Notes: generated by a model not told the origin, from the sequence alone. A stretch of DNA of 64,000 nt from an uncultured Gammaproteobacteria bacterium (GCA_964352335.1 CAYGRO010000004.1:42970-106969), one strand, 5' to 3'. Positions 20,121 to 31,172 are shown, numbered from the stretch's first letter. Program-made: numbers and translations.

Positions 20121-20774
20121 ATGAAAAAAATAGTTCGTTTTGTTTTAAAAATTTGCTTAGTCGGTATTATATTCTTTTTTCTTGTAAATTTTTCTATTCT
20201 CTTTTCAACAAAGGATTCTCTTTACCAGGTGTCTGAAGTGACCGATCAAAAACAAGTTGGTCTTATCTTGGGCGCTCGAGTTTATCGATCAGGTAGCCTG
20301 AGCCCTATTTTGAAAGATAGGGTCGACACAGCAATTGAATTATACAAACTGAATAAAATTGAGCGTATTCTCGTCAGTGGAGACAATGGTCAAGAAAATT
20401 ATGATGAAGTAAATGCGATTAAAGATTACCTTTTGTCTCAGGGTGTTTTGCCTGAAGCTATTTTTCTAGACCATGCAGGTTTTGATACCTATGACAGCAT
20501 GGTTCGAGCTAAACAAATTTTTGAAGTTGAATCAGCGTATATTATTAGTCAAGCTTTTCATTTACCTCGAGCTGTTTATTTAGCTCGTGCCCAAGATATT
20601 GATGCTCATGGTGTTATTGCTGATAAACAAAAATATAGGGGAGAGCAATATAACCAGTTGAGAGAATGGTTAGCTCGGTTTAAATCATTTTTTGAGCAGT
20701 TTTTAGGTATTAACCCTACTTTTCTAGGTGACAAGATCCCTATTACAGGAGATAGTCGGGAGAGTTGGGATTAG
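20121..20774 (+). CDS. DUF218 (SanA/ElyC/YdcF family) membrane-anchored protein
   Basis: An N-terminal TM helix and the LVSGDNG core. Confidence 0.65.
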   Translation: MKKIVRFVLKICLVGIIFFFLVNFSILFSTKDSLYQVSEVTDQKQVGLILGARVYRSGSLSPILKDRVDTAIELYKLNKIERILVSGDNGQENYDEVNAIKDYLLSQGVLPEAIFLDHAGFDTYDSMVRAKQIFEVESAYIISQAFHLPRAVYLARAQDIDAHGVIADKQKYRGEQYNQLREWLARFKSFFEQFLGINPTFLGDKIPITGDSRESWD

Positions 20775-20942
20775 TTTTTTGCTAATATTAGATGAATATT
20801 TTTATATCACACCAGAAGCTATTGACAAAAAAGTAATAATATGGTATTGTTATTTTTGTTGATGAGAGATTTCTGAGATCGTAAGCCTCGATTTAAGAAA
20901 TCTCTCTTCAACAGCTGGTCAAACCAGCAGAAAGGAGTTGCC

Positions 20943-21401
20943 ATGCGCAACTTCATCATCCTCTCGATCTTCGTCTTCCTCACCGTCTTCACCGGCTGCG
21001 CCGCGACCCCGTTCGCAGAGCTCTCGCCCAGCGAGAAGCTGGAAATGGTCTACGGGAACTCGGGCGTCTCGTACCAGATGAAGGGGAGCGTCGTCACCCT
21101 CGCGCAGAACACCAACACGCTCGAGGTCATCAACAACCGCTTCGACTCCAACCCCGTGATCACGTTCTCCTGCGAGAGCGTGGGCGAGGAGCGGGTCAAC
21201 TCCAAGCTGGTGGGCGGGATCGTCGGTGGCGGCATCTACCACCACAAGGTGGAGATCCCCAAGCGCTTCTACAATAAGGAGGGGGTCATCTTGAGGATCG
21301 CCACTCCCATCTCGACCACCGAGAACAACGACGGCAGCTCGACCACGACTGAGTCGGTCGAGATCTTCGACCTGAAGGGAGCGCTCCTCAACCGGGAGTA
21401 G
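20943..21401 (+). CDS. Putative lipoprotein in a roughly 62% GC island
   Basis: A signal peptide ending in FTGC, a GGAG SD, and strong GC3 bias unlike its neighbours. Confidence 0.6.
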   Translation: MRNFIILSIFVFLTVFTGCAATPFAELSPSEKLEMVYGNSGVSYQMKGSVVTLAQNTNTLEVINNRFDSNPVITFSCESVGEERVNSKLVGGIVGGGIYHHKVEIPKRFYNKEGVILRIATPISTTENNDGSSTTTESVEIFDLKGALLNRE

Positions 21402-21480
21402 CTCCTAACAACCCTCACCGAGGGCGAAAAAACTCTTGCCTAGCAAGAAGACTTTCGTCGCTGGGTGAGGGTTTTTTCGT
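21400..21480. terminator. Long GC hairpin terminator(s) between convergent genes
   Basis: The stem aaccctcacc...ggtgagggtt followed by a T run. Confidence 0.6.
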
Positions 21481-21511
21481 ATAAGAAAAAACGCGCCGAA
21501 GCGCATTTTTT

Positions 21512-21664
21512 TTATTCTTCATTCTTTTTTTCCATCTGTTCATGTTGTCCATCTGTGCAATTGCATTCATGAAGTGGCTTTCCATGGTCTTTACAATCCA
21601 TGGCTTGGCATGTCCCAGGTGTTTCACTTACACCTTGGCATCCGCCTGTACAAATATAGTGCAT
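21512..21664 (-). CDS. Unannotated 50-aa Cys/His-rich putative metal-binding small protein
   Basis: Hand translation of the minus strand gives MHYICTGGCQGVSETPGTCQAMDCKDHGKPLHECNCTDGQHEQMEKKNEE (6 Cys, 4 His). It is below the ORF-track length cutoff and overlaps the listed 70-aa ORF in another frame. Confidence 0.4.
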   Translation of the reverse strand: MHYICTGGCQGVSETPGTCQAMDCKDHGKPLHECNCTDGQHEQMEKKNEE

Positions 21665-21689
21665 CTATTTTTGTTTAATAATGATAATT

Positions 21690-21860
21690 GTAGTGTATCA
21701 CAATACCCCCACCAGACCACCTCCTTTGCCCTAGGGTCTTGAGCTCTGGGTCGAAAGACAAGGGGAGGGAATAAAGTTAATCAACATTTTCCCTCCTCAC
21801 CCGGCTAAGCTTGCCCGCCTTTGGAGGAGGGAGGAGCCTGCCTGTCGGCAGACAGGGTCT
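21690..21860. repeat. Composite GC-rich palindromic element
   Basis: The stem ccaccagaccacctcc...ggtctggtggagg and the pair cctcctcac.../...ggaggagggagg. Confidence 0.4.
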
Positions 21861-21936
21861 GGTGGAGGGGCGAAAAACAAAAAAGCCCTTTTCAGGACTT
21901 ATTTTGCAGTTTTGTAAATTTACAAGTTTGCAGTTT

Positions 21937-22149
21937 TTAAGCTTGCGCTTCTGGATTCATCTTTGCAACTTCTTTTTTCAAAGTTCGAAGACATCTAGTA
22001 CAAACTTTCATCTTTCCGCCTCCATATCGTAAAGTTTGAAGGTTAGGGTATTTTCGATGTTTGGTTGTAGGGTTCCAGTTACCACGGAGGAGTTTTCGAG
22101 GAGTGATAATCATCGATCCTTTTCCGCATGCATCACAGATTCGAGACAT
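21937..22149 (-). CDS. rpmB: Ribosomal protein L28 (Zn-ribbon type)
   Basis: [11 protein letters not shown]...[22 protein letters not shown]...CTRC. Confidence 0.8.
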   Translation of the reverse strand: MSRICDACGKGSMIITPRKLLRGNWNPTTKHRKYPNLQTLRYGGGKMKVCTRCLRTLKKEVAKMNPEAQA

Positions 22150-22366
22150 AATGGTTGAATAGAGCGACAAAAACGCCGCAACTGATAGTTATCGTTAGTT
22201 CGGACAATTTAACAGAGAATCCCTATTAGTGTCAAGTTTTCCCCCAAAGAATAGTCGTTTGAACGCTTTTTGTGGTAGGATAGTAATTAATAATTAGGCA
22301 GTAGCAAGTAGGAGAGTAGCAAGCTCTTACATATGCTACTTTCCTACCATCCTACTAGCTAACCCA

Positions 22367-23011
22367 ATGATCATGCTCTCACTTCTTCTAGAATCCCCAA
22401 TCTATCTTCTCCCGGTATTAGCGTCTATCATTATCGCTTTTACTTTTCATGAATTTTCACATGCTTTTGCTGCAGAATTATTAGGGGATACTACTGCCAA
22501 GCGTCTAGGGCGACTTACCTTAAATCCAATGGCTCATGTTGATTGGTTCGGTTTTTTTCTTTTAATAATTGCTGGATTTGGTTGGGGAAAACCAGTCCCT
22601 TTTAATGCGAATAATCTTAAAAATCCAAGATGGGGAAGTGCCATTATTGGTTTAGCAGGCCCTTTTTCTAACCTGTTACTCGCATTAGTTGTTCTTGGTG
22701 TACTTTGGTTATTGCCTATTATTGGTATTGCTTTACCTACAAATTCACTTTTGGCTATCTTTTTAGCCTTTCTCTTTCAATTCAACCTTATTTTAATGAT
22801 TTTTAACTTAATTCCTATCCCACCATTAGATGGATCAAAGCTGCTTTTTGCAATAATCCCAGATAAATATAGTGATTTTAAACATCGATTAGCTATTCAA
22901 GGTCCTATTATTCTCATCACTTTGGTGATCATCGATAGTGTTTTACCTATTTCTATCTTTGGATCACTATTTTCTTTTATCTTTGCAGTGATTAATAAAT
23001 TTGTTGGTTAA
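22367..23011 (+). CDS. Peptidase M50 family (site-2 protease-like) membrane metalloprotease
   Basis: The HEFSHAF HExxH motif in a TM helix and a multi-TM topology. Confidence 0.7.
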   Translation: MIMLSLLLESPIYLLPVLASIIIAFTFHEFSHAFAAELLGDTTAKRLGRLTLNPMAHVDWFGFFLLIIAGFGWGKPVPFNANNLKNPRWGSAIIGLAGPFSNLLLALVVLGVLWLLPIIGIALPTNSLLAIFLAFLFQFNLILMIFNLIPIPPLDGSKLLFAIIPDKYSDFKHRLAIQGPIILITLVIIDSVLPISIFGSLFSFIFAVINKFVG

Positions 23012-23358
23012 TTGATTAGTTGACGAATTGTCTTTATTAAGGCATACTGTCGTTAATAACAACTTAGCTTTTTCTAAAGTACTTAGAAACGAGCCCATTA
23101 TTTTGGGTCTCATTTTAAGGAAAGAAGGTCAAATTGGCTGGAAATAGAGATACGGGTTGTTAGAGAAAATCACTTATAAAATAGCCTAGTCGGGGCTAAT
23201 TTTGTTTTTTATAAACAGGTAAGACCTCTTTTGTGTTCTGTCTTCGATATTGTTTATTGGCGACAAAACACAAAAGAATCATAATAAGCAACAACTGACA
23301 ACTAACAACGAACAATTGACAGAAATGTCAGTGGTCAGTCGTCAATTGTAATTAAAGT

Positions 23359-23781
23359 ATGCCAACAATTAGTCAACTTGTGCGAAAACCTCGCAATAGC
23401 AAGAAGAAAAAGTCTAAAATGCCTGCATTGCAAGTAACTTTAGACTCATTGCATAGACGTAAACACACAGTGAAAAAGGGGAGTCCTTTCAAACGTGGTG
23501 TGTGTACAAAAGTAACAACAGTTACACCTAAAAAACCTAACTCAGCTTTACGGAAAATTGCTCGTGTTCGTCTCTCAAATGGGATGGAAGTTACAGCATA
23601 TATTCCAGGTGAAGGTCACAATTTACAAGAACATTCAATCGTATTATTACGAGGTGGTCGTGTAAAAGATCTTGCCGGTGTGCGATATCATGTAGTGCGC
23701 GGTGTCTACGATACACAAGGTATCGATGGTCGAAAACAACGCCGATCAGTTTACGGAACAAGAAAACCGAAAGAATCATAA
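23359..23781 (+). CDS. rpsL: Ribosomal protein S12
   Basis: The [12 protein letters not shown] and [10 protein letters not shown] motifs. Confidence 0.95.
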   Translation: MPTISQLVRKPRNSKKKKSKMPALQVTLDSLHRRKHTVKKGSPFKRGVCTKVTTVTPKKPNSALRKIARVRLSNGMEVTAYIPGEGHNLQEHSIVLLRGGRVKDLAGVRYHVVRGVYDTQGIDGRKQRRSVYGTRKPKES

Positions 23782-23862
23782 GTAAAATTGTAAAGACGTA
23801 AAAACTGTAAAACCGTAAAGCTTTACGCATTTACAAATTTACGTTTTACGCTTCTAAAAAAT
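23782..23862. repeat. k-mer-iterated inverted-repeat spacer of the gtaaa family
   Basis: gtaaagacgtaaaaactgtaaaaccgtaaagc followed by gctttacgcatttacaaatttacgttttacgc. It shares ctttacgcatttaca with the spacer at 38681-38762. Confidence 0.7.
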
Positions 23863-24330
23863 ATGCGTGGAAAAAAAGCTCCAAAACGTCCAGTAACACC
23901 AGAACCAAAATATGGAAATGTTCAACTGGCAAAATTTATCAATTACGTCATGAAAAGCGGGAAAAAAACAGTAGCACAAAAAATTGTCTACGGTGCTTTT
24001 GATGTTATTGAACAAAAGACAAAAAAGAACCCATTAGAAGTTTTTGAATTAGCGATCAAAAATGTTGGCCCAAACCTAGAGGTAAAGGGGCGACGTGTTG
24101 GTGGTGCTAATTACCAAGTTCCAATTCAAGTAAAAGCTGATCGTCGTTTTATTTTAGCGTCTCGATGGATTATCGAAGCGGCAAATACGAAAAAAGGACG
24201 ACCAATGGCAGAAAAACTTGCTCAAGAATTATTAGATGCATCTAATAAAGAAGGTGGTGCGATGAAAAAACGTGAAAACGTTCAAAAAATGGCAGAAGCT
24301 AATCGTGCTTTCGCTCATTTTGCTCGATAA
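23863..24330 (+). CDS. rpsG: Ribosomal protein S7
   Basis: Conserved S7 sequence. Confidence 0.95.
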   Translation: MRGKKAPKRPVTPEPKYGNVQLAKFINYVMKSGKKTVAQKIVYGAFDVIEQKTKKNPLEVFELAIKNVGPNLEVKGRRVGGANYQVPIQVKADRRFILASRWIIEAANTKKGRPMAEKLAQELLDASNKEGGAMKKRENVQKMAEANRAFAHFAR

Positions 24331-24416
24331 TCTAATTAAACAAACAAATAATTTATCTATTTGTGACATAAGTTTTGGTTGTCTATTGTGAGATGTCACA
24401 GGTCAAATGTAATTTT

Positions 24417-26540
24417 ATGGCAAGAAAAATCCCTTTAGAAGATGTGCGTAATATCGGAATTATCGCGCATATCGATGCTGGTAAAACAACAACAACAGAA
24501 CGTATTTTGTTCTATACAGGAAAAAACTATAAAATTGGTGAAGTTCACGAAGGTGAAGCAACCATGGATTGGATGGAACAAGAACAAGAACGTGGTATTA
24601 CCATTACAGCTGCGGCAACAACTGCTGCATGGAAAGATCATCAAATCAATATTATTGATACTCCAGGTCACGTAGATTTTACTGTAGAAGTAGAACGATC
24701 ATTACGTGTACTAGACGGTGGTGTTGTGGTATTTGATGGAGTAGCTGGAGTAGAGCCACAATCAGAAACAGTTTGGCGACAAGCTGATAAATATGAAGTG
24801 CCTCGTATTTGTTTTATCAATAAATTAGATCGAACTGGTGCTGATTTTTATTTCGATTTAGGTACTATTCATCAACGATTAACAACAAAAGCACATCCAA
24901 TTCAATTACCAATTGGTGCAGAAGAAGCTTTTGCAGGTGTGATTGATTTAATTAAAATGAAGGCCTATATCTACCAAGATGATTTAGGTGAAAAAATTGA
25001 TGAAGTTGAAATTCCTGCTGACTTAAAAGAAAAAGCTGATCAATACAGACAACAATTACTAGAAGCTATTGTTGAAACAGATGAAGCTTTAATGAATAAA
25101 TTTTTCGAAGGGACAGAATTAACAGAAGAAGAAATCAAAGCTGCTTTACGTAAAGCTACTATTGCTGGAGATGTTGTTCCTGTGCTTTGTGGGACAGCTT
25201 TGAAAAACAAAGGTGTACAAAAATTATTGGATGCTGTTGTTGATTACTTACCTTCTCCATTAGATGTTCCTCCAGTAGAAGGGGTAAATCCAGATAATGA
25301 AGAAGAAGTAATCAAACGAAAAACAGAAGATACTGAGCCATTAACTGCATTAGCATTTAAAGTTGCGGCAGATCCTTTTGTAGGAAAACTTTGTTTCGTG
25401 CGTGTTTATGCGGGTACTTTAAAATCAGGATCTTACATTTTAAATGTAAATACTGGTAAAAAAGAACGTGTAGGGCGTCTCGTTCGTTTACATGCAAATT
25501 CTCGGGAAGAAGTAGATGAAATTCCAGCAGGGGATATTGCTGCTGTTGTTGGATTAAAAGATACTATCACTGGGCATACAATTTGTGACCCAGATCACCC
25601 AATCATGTTAGAAGATATCACTTTCCCAGAACCAGTAATTCAATTGGCTATTGAGCCAAAATCTAAAGCAGATCAAGAAAAACTTGGTGTTGCTTTACAA
25701 AAACTTTCTGAAGAAGATCCTACTTTCCGTGTTCATTCTGATGAAGAAACTGGACAAACAATTATTGCGGGAATGGGAGAACTTCATTTAGACATTATTG
25801 TGGATCGAATGAAACGCGAATTCAATGTAGAAGCGAATATTGGTAAACCTCAAGTATCTTACCGAGAAACAATTCTTGGAAATGCAGAAGCTGAAGGTAA
25901 ATTCGTTAAACAATCAGGTGGTCGTGGTCAATACGGTCATTGTTGGTTACGAGTGAAACCAATTGATGCTGCTGAGCTAACAGAAGAGCAAAAAGAAGCT
26001 AAGCCAGATTTACTCTTCCATGATGAAATTAAAGGTGGTGTTATTCCAAAAGAATTCATCAACCCAATTGAAAAAGGTGTTAAAGAAGCCCTTTCTCGTG
26101 GTGTGGTAGCTGGTTACCCCTTAGTAAATGTTGATGTTACTGTTTATGACGGTTCATACCATGATGTCGACTCTAGTGAAATCGCCTTCAAAATGGCTGG
26201 TTCGATGGCTTTTGTGGCTGCTGCTAAAAAAGCGCAACCAGTATTGCTAGAACCAATGATGGCATTAGAAATCACAACCCCAGAAGAATTTATGGGAGAT
26301 GTGATTGGTGACCTTAGTTCACGTCGTGGACAAGTTGAAGAAATGTTAGATCGTCATGGGGCAAAAGTTGTTATCGGTAAGGCTCCATTAGCAGAAATGT
26401 TTGGTTACGCAACTGACTTGCGTTCTTTAACACAAGGACGTGCAGGATATAGCATGACATTTGCAGACTACGCTGAAGTTCCAAACAATGTAAAAGAAAA
26501 AATTGTTGGACAACGTACTGGTACTGAACCTACCGAGTAA
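24417..26540 (+). CDS. fusA: Elongation factor G
   Basis: The [10 protein letters not shown]-domain motif. The start is placed at MARKIPLE. Confidence 0.95.
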   Translation: MARKIPLEDVRNIGIIAHIDAGKTTTTERILFYTGKNYKIGEVHEGEATMDWMEQEQERGITITAAATTAAWKDHQINIIDTPGHVDFTVEVERSLRVLDGGVVVFDGVAGVEPQSETVWRQADKYEVPRICFINKLDRTGADFYFDLGTIHQRLTTKAHPIQLPIGAEEAFAGVIDLIKMKAYIYQDDLGEKIDEVEIPADLKEKADQYRQQLLEAIVETDEALMNKFFEGTELTEEEIKAALRKATIAGDVVPVLCGTALKNKGVQKLLDAVVDYLPSPLDVPPVEGVNPDNEEEVIKRKTEDTEPLTALAFKVAADPFVGKLCFVRVYAGTLKSGSYILNVNTGKKERVGRLVRLHANSREEVDEIPAGDIAAVVGLKDTITGHTICDPDHPIMLEDITFPEPVIQLAIEPKSKADQEKLGVALQKLSEEDPTFRVHSDEETGQTIIAGMGELHLDIIVDRMKREFNVEANIGKPQVSYRETILGNAEAEGKFVKQSGGRGQYGHCWLRVKPIDAAELTEEQKEAKPDLLFHDEIKGGVIPKEFINPIEKGVKEALSRGVVAGYPLVNVDVTVYDGSYHDVDSSEIAFKMAGSMAFVAAAKKAQPVLLEPMMALEITTPEEFMGDVIGDLSSRRGQVEEMLDRHGAKVVIGKAPLAEMFGYATDLRSLTQGRAGYSMTFADYAEVPNNVKEKIVGQRTGTEPTE

Positions 26541-26563
26541 GTTAAGTTCAAAAAAACTTTTAA

Positions 26564-26594
26564 ATAGCTCCCAATTTGGGGGCTATTTTTTTAA
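26564..26594 (+). terminator. Rho-independent terminator after fusA
   Basis: The hairpin atagctccc-aattt-gggggctat followed by a T7 run. Confidence 0.7.
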
Positions 26595-26699
26595 CTGAAC
26601 CAAAAGAGAAATTGACAAACAAAATAACGATAATGAGTATTGACATTCTTTGCATTGATGACTAAGATCAGAACACTTTCTTATTGATGCTTTTCGTTT

Positions 26700-27095
26700 A
26701 TGCATTCACAATTTCAAAGACTGTTTCATTTGATTAAGAAAACAGGTGATAATATTATCTTATTAGACCCTGACTCAAATGATCCCTATATTTTGATGAA
26801 CTTAAATGCATACGAAGAGTTACTAGAAAGCTATTCAAATACGAATGCAGGAGAAAGAGTACTTCAGTCAAATCAAGACTCAATCAGACCAGTGAGAAGA
26901 CCACAAATAAAAAAGGTCTCTCAAACTGATGTAGATGAGTCAGAAGTGCTACCTGGTATCGATACAGAAGTTGTTGATCTCAGTGTAGAAGAAAAGGAGT
27001 CTGAACCAGAACAAGGAGAAAAGTACTATTTTGAAGAAGTAGAAGAAACAGAAACAGAAGGAGAAAAAGACGAAAAAGAAAAAGGGGATAACTAA
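26700..27095 (+). CDS. Hypothetical protein with an acidic tail between fusA and tuf
   Basis: 131 aa with an E/D-rich C-terminal half. The N-terminal NIILLDPDSNDPYILMNLNAYEELLE segment loosely resembles the Phd/YefM fold. Confidence 0.4.
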   Translation: MHSQFQRLFHLIKKTGDNIILLDPDSNDPYILMNLNAYEELLESYSNTNAGERVLQSNQDSIRPVRRPQIKKVSQTDVDESEVLPGIDTEVVDLSVEEKESEPEQGEKYYFEEVEETETEGEKDEKEKGDN

Positions 27096-27165
27096 AGTAT
27101 TTTGCTAAAATTAGCAAAATAAACGATCTTTCCACAGCTTACAGAAATAAAAGATAGAGAAAAAC

Positions 27166-27193
27166 TTGCATTTTTGAGATTCTCTGTTATAAT
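27166..27193 (+). promoter_or_regulatory. Sigma70-like promoter upstream of tuf
   Basis: TTGCAT, 16 nt, then TATAAT with an upstream TGT (extended -10-like). Confidence 0.4.
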
Positions 27194-27232
27194 TTCAACA
27201 ATATTTCTCAAACTTTTGAGGTTTTTTTAATA

Positions 27233-27255
27233 GCCCCAGAAACGGGGTTTTTACA
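27233..27255 (+). promoter_or_regulatory. Hairpin plus U-run in the tuf leader (attenuator-like)
   Basis: agccccagaaacggggttttt lies between the promoter and the tuf start codon. Confidence 0.35.
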
Positions 27256-27294
27256 TCTAAAAAAAACTCATCTAAAAAAATAATTAATAAAACT

Positions 27295-28479
27295 ATGGCA
27301 GAGCAATTTGATCGATCAAAACCACATGTCAACATTGGTACAATTGGACACGTTGACCATGGGAAAACAACTCTTACTGCGGCAATTACAACTGTACTTG
27401 CTGAAAAAGGATTTGCAAAAAAACGAAGTTACGCTGATATCGATAACGCTCCTGAAGAAAAGGAACGTGGTATCACAATTGCGACATCTCACCAAGAGTA
27501 TGAAACAGAAAACCGTCACTACGCTCACGTAGATTGTCCAGGACATGCTGATTATGTTAAAAACATGATTACAGGTGCTGCACAAATGGATGGTGGTATT
27601 TTGGTTGTATCTGCTACAGACGGGGTAATGCCTCAAACATCAGAACATATTCTTTTAGCTAAACAAGTAGGAGTTCCTGCTATCGTTGTTTTCATCAATA
27701 AAGTAGATATGGTTGATGATGCTGATTACGTAGATTTAGTAGAAGAAGAAGTTCGTGATCTTTTAAAGAAATACGATTTCCCTGGTGATGAAATCCCAGT
27801 AGTTCGTGGTTCTGCGCTTAAAGCTTTAGAAAATCCAGCTGGAGACGAAGCTAAGCCAATTTTAGAACTCATGAAAGCTATTGATGAATACATCCCAACA
27901 CCAGAACGTGATACTGACAAATCATACCTTATGCCAATTGAAGATGTTTTCTCAATTGAAGGTCGTGGAACTGTAGTTACTGGTCGTATCGAACGTGGAA
28001 TCCTTAAACTAAATGACGAAATTGAAATCGTTGGTTTAAGAGAAACACAAAAAACTGTTGTTACAGGTATTGAAATGTTTAACAAGAATTTAGACGAAGG
28101 ACGAGCTGGTGATAATGCTGGAATCCTTTTACGTGGTCTTAAAAAAGAAGACGTAGAACGTGGACAAGTTCTTGCTGCTCCTGGAACAGTGACTCCTCAT
28201 ACTGAATTTGAAGCTGAATTCTTAGCTTTAACAAAAGAAGAAGGTGGACGTCACAAACCATTTTTTAATGGATATAAACCACAATTCTACTTACGTACAA
28301 CAGATGTAACAGGTGAAGTAACACTACCAGAAGGTACAGAAATGGTTATGCCTGGTGATACAGTTAATGCAAAAGTTAAACTTATTGTTCCTGTTGCTCT
28401 TGAAGAACAACAACGATTTGCTATCCGTGAAGGTGGGCGAACTGTTGGAGCTGGAGTTATTACTAAGATTATCAACTAA
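27295..28479 (+). CDS. tuf: Elongation factor Tu
   Basis: Motifs [15 protein letters not shown] and NKVD. Confidence 0.97.
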   Translation: MAEQFDRSKPHVNIGTIGHVDHGKTTLTAAITTVLAEKGFAKKRSYADIDNAPEEKERGITIATSHQEYETENRHYAHVDCPGHADYVKNMITGAAQMDGGILVVSATDGVMPQTSEHILLAKQVGVPAIVVFINKVDMVDDADYVDLVEEEVRDLLKKYDFPGDEIPVVRGSALKALENPAGDEAKPILELMKAIDEYIPTPERDTDKSYLMPIEDVFSIEGRGTVVTGRIERGILKLNDEIEIVGLRETQKTVVTGIEMFNKNLDEGRAGDNAGILLRGLKKEDVERGQVLAAPGTVTPHTEFEAEFLALTKEEGGRHKPFFNGYKPQFYLRTTDVTGEVTLPEGTEMVMPGDTVNAKVKLIVPVALEEQQRFAIREGGRTVGAGVITKIIN

Positions 28480-28524
28480 GGCTTTGGGCCACTCATTTTT
28501 TGAGTGGCCTTCCTTATTGCAAAC

Positions 28525-28857
28525 ATGGCTACGAAGCAAACAACTGAAGAAACGAAAGCAAGAATCCGAATTAAGATTCTGGCCTTTGATCATAAAATCA
28601 TTGACCAATCTACTCGGACGATTATCGAAACTGCTGAACGATCTGGGGCTTCTGTCGTTGGACCGGTACCACTTCCTACTCAAATTAAGAAGTTTACTAC
28701 CAATTCATCTACATTCGTTCATAAAGACGCTCGTGATCAATACGAAATGCGTATTCACAAACGGCTTGTAGATATTCTTGAACCAACTCCTAAAACAGTT
28801 GATTCACTCATGTCTCTAAATCTCCCAGCTGGTGTAGATGTAGAGATCAAAATGTAA
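28525..28857 (+). CDS. rpsJ: Ribosomal protein S10
   Basis: Conserved S10 sequence. The start is placed at MATKQ. Confidence 0.9.
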   Translation: MATKQTTEETKARIRIKILAFDHKIIDQSTRTIIETAERSGASVVGPVPLPTQIKKFTTNSSTFVHKDARDQYEMRIHKRLVDILEPTPKTVDSLMSLNLPAGVDVEIKM

Positions 28858-29125
28858 ATAAAATAACTGCTGATTGCTGCTGATATCGCTTCATAATTGT
28901 GAGTCGATATAAGCAGCAATCAATTCTCGGTATTCACACTCAAGAAAGATTCTTAGCAAAGTGCTAAGAAAAACCTTGACTGGGAGTTTACAGAGATGAA
29001 AGGTAAAGGACTATTGATTAAAGTGCTTACAACAACTTTTTCACTCAAATATGTGAAAAGGTCAGAAATAAAGCGATGTATGACACCGTTTTGTTTCTGG
29101 CTTTTTGCTTACTCAGAACACAATT

Positions 29126-29947
29126 ATGAAATTCATTCTAGGTTACAAAAAAGAAATGACTCAACAATATCGTGAAGACGGTACTGTTGTTCCTGTGACT
29201 ATTGTACAAGCTGAACCTGCTATTGTAACTCAAGTTAAGCAGTCAGAAAAAGATGGTTATCATGCTATTCAACTTGGAGTAGGGAAAAGAAATAAAGTTG
29301 GAAAATCTCAAGCTGGTCATCTTAAAACAATCACAAAATCAGGAAGAAAACCTTTTCACAGACTTCGTGAAATTCGTGTAGAAGATGCTTCTACATTTAC
29401 AATTGGAGATAGTATTACTGTAAAAACATTTGCTGCTGGAGATAAAGTAGCTGTTACAGGGACTTCAAAAGGTAAAGGTTTCCAAGGTGTTGTAAAACGG
29501 CATAACTTTGCTGGTTCACCTGCTTCTCATGGGCATAAAGATCAATTACGTATGCCTGGTTCTATTGGTTCTCAAGATCCACAACGTGTTTTTAAAGGAA
29601 CACGTATGGCTGGGAGAATGGGTGGAAAACGAATTACTGTTAAGAACTTAGAAATTATTGCTCTAGATGAGGAAAAAAACCTTTTATTCGTAAAAGGTGC
29701 CGTTCCTGGTGCTAGAAATAGTCTTATTCTTATTGCTGGTAATGGTGAATTGATCAAAGGTGCAAGCATTTTTGATGCTCCAGAAGTTATTGATACAACG
29801 GAAGAAAAAGATGAAACTACTGAAGAAGCTCCAGAAGTAAATGAAGAAAATTCTACTGAAACACCTGATAAGGAAGTAAAAGAAGAAACTATTGAAAAAC
29901 CAAAAGCAGAAGACTCTAAAGAAAGTAATGAATCATCAAGTAAATAG
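29126..29947 (+). CDS. rplC: Ribosomal protein L3 with an acidic C-terminal extension
   Basis: L3 core plus a 50-aa or longer E/T-rich tail. Confidence 0.9.
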   Translation: MKFILGYKKEMTQQYREDGTVVPVTIVQAEPAIVTQVKQSEKDGYHAIQLGVGKRNKVGKSQAGHLKTITKSGRKPFHRLREIRVEDASTFTIGDSITVKTFAAGDKVAVTGTSKGKGFQGVVKRHNFAGSPASHGHKDQLRMPGSIGSQDPQRVFKGTRMAGRMGGKRITVKNLEIIALDEEKNLLFVKGAVPGARNSLILIAGNGELIKGASIFDAPEVIDTTEEKDETTEEAPEVNEENSTETPDKEVKEETIEKPKAEDSKESNESSSK

Positions 29948-29949
29948 AT

Positions 29950-30588
29950 ATGTCTAAAGTAAAGGTCTACAATTTAAACGGTGAAGTTGTTGGTGAACAA
30001 GAGCTTAATCCAGCTTTATTTAATGTTGAAATCAACCCATTGGTTGTTCAGCAAGTTCTTGTTGCTCAACAAGCAAATAAACGTCGGCCTTGGGCGCATA
30101 CAAAAACTCGACCAGAAGTTCGTGGTGGTGGAAGAAAACCATGGAAACAAAAAGGTACAGGGAATGCCCGTCACGGTTCTATCCGATCTCCACTTTGGAG
30201 AGGTGGTGGGATTACATTTGGTCCTCGTAAAGAACGAAACTATACAAAAGCTGTAAATAAAAAGATGAAACAATCAGCGTTAAGAATGGTTTTAACTGAC
30301 CGAGCTGCTTTAGAACAAATTGTTTTAGTTGATTCACTTGATTTACCAGAAGTTAAAACGAAACAAGTTGTTCAAGCTATTGGTAAATTACCTCGCAAAG
30401 GATATAAAACTCTTTTTGTTACAGATAATGCACCTAAAAACCTTGTTTTATCAAGCAGAAACCTACAAGATGTAAAAACAGTTTCAGCTAATAGTTTGAA
30501 TGTTCAAGACTTACTACATTACCGAACAATTGTTATTCCTGTTTCAGCTTTAGAAACAATGGTAAATCTTTACGGTGTTAAGAAATAG
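29950..30588 (+). CDS. rplD: Ribosomal protein L4
   Basis: Conserved L4 sequence. Confidence 0.9.
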   Translation: MSKVKVYNLNGEVVGEQELNPALFNVEINPLVVQQVLVAQQANKRRPWAHTKTRPEVRGGGRKPWKQKGTGNARHGSIRSPLWRGGGITFGPRKERNYTKAVNKKMKQSALRMVLTDRAALEQIVLVDSLDLPEVKTKQVVQAIGKLPRKGYKTLFVTDNAPKNLVLSSRNLQDVKTVSANSLNVQDLLHYRTIVIPVSALETMVNLYGVKK

Positions 30589-30590
30589 AT

Positions 30591-31058
30591 ATGGGAATTT
30601 TCGATAAATTAAAAAGAACAAAAGAAGAAAAAGAACAGCTTAAAGAAGCTGAGAAAGTTTCTGATGCAAAAGAATCGAAAGCTAAAGATATTGAAAAAGG
30701 AAAAAAGAAAGCAACTGCAAAAAAAGAAGCTTCAGCTGATAAAAAGAATCCAAAACCAGCAGCAGCTAAACCTTTAGGTGATTCTCATTCTGTACTTGTA
30801 ATGCCAATTTTGACTGAAAAAACATTCAACTTACAACAATCAAATAAATATTGTTTCTATATCTCACAAGATGCTAATAAGTATCAAGTGAAATCTGCAA
30901 TGAAAGAAGTATACGGAATTGCTCCACTATCAGTAAACATTATCCGAAAACGCCCTCAAGCTAAAAAACGATGGGGGAAAACAATCGGTATGTCAAAAGG
31001 ATTGAAAAAAGCAATTATCACAATGCCAGAAGGAACAATTTTAAACCTCACAGAGTAG
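30591..31058 (+). CDS. rplW: Ribosomal protein L23 with a Lys-rich N-terminal extension
   Basis: L23 core after a roughly 60-aa K/E/A-rich leader. Confidence 0.85.
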   Translation: MGIFDKLKRTKEEKEQLKEAEKVSDAKESKAKDIEKGKKKATAKKEASADKKNPKPAAAKPLGDSHSVLVMPILTEKTFNLQQSNKYCFYISQDANKYQVKSAMKEVYGIAPLSVNIIRKRPQAKKRWGKTIGMSKGLKKAIITMPEGTILNLTE

Positions 31059-31172
31059 ATCAATGCCCCAATGTTTCAGTGCTTCAGTATTACAGTGATG
31101 ACCATCACTTCAACACTGAGACACTGAAGCACTCTAGCAATGAAACACTGAAACAATTCAATACTGAAATTT
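31059..31172. repeat. k-mer-iterated inverted-repeat spacer of the cagtg/cactg family
   Basis: gtttcagtgcttcagtattacagtgatg ... cactgagacactgaagcactc...aaacactgaaac. Confidence 0.7.

Noticed and set aside
21415-21627. 70-aa minus-strand ORF from the track
   Set aside because: It has a K/R-rich low-complexity translation. It overlaps the terminator and the Cys-rich frame, and the Cys6/His4 frame looks more protein-like.
26700-27095. Phd/YefM antitoxin of a toxin-antitoxin pair
   Set aside because: Only a loose N-terminal resemblance. There is no toxin gene adjacent and there is a long acidic tail. Kept as a low-confidence note inside the feature.
28324-28771. ORFs overlapping tuf and rpsJ on both strands (119 aa, 138 aa)
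   Set aside because: They lie antisense to or out of frame with highly conserved EF-Tu and S10 coding sequence and have low-complexity translations.
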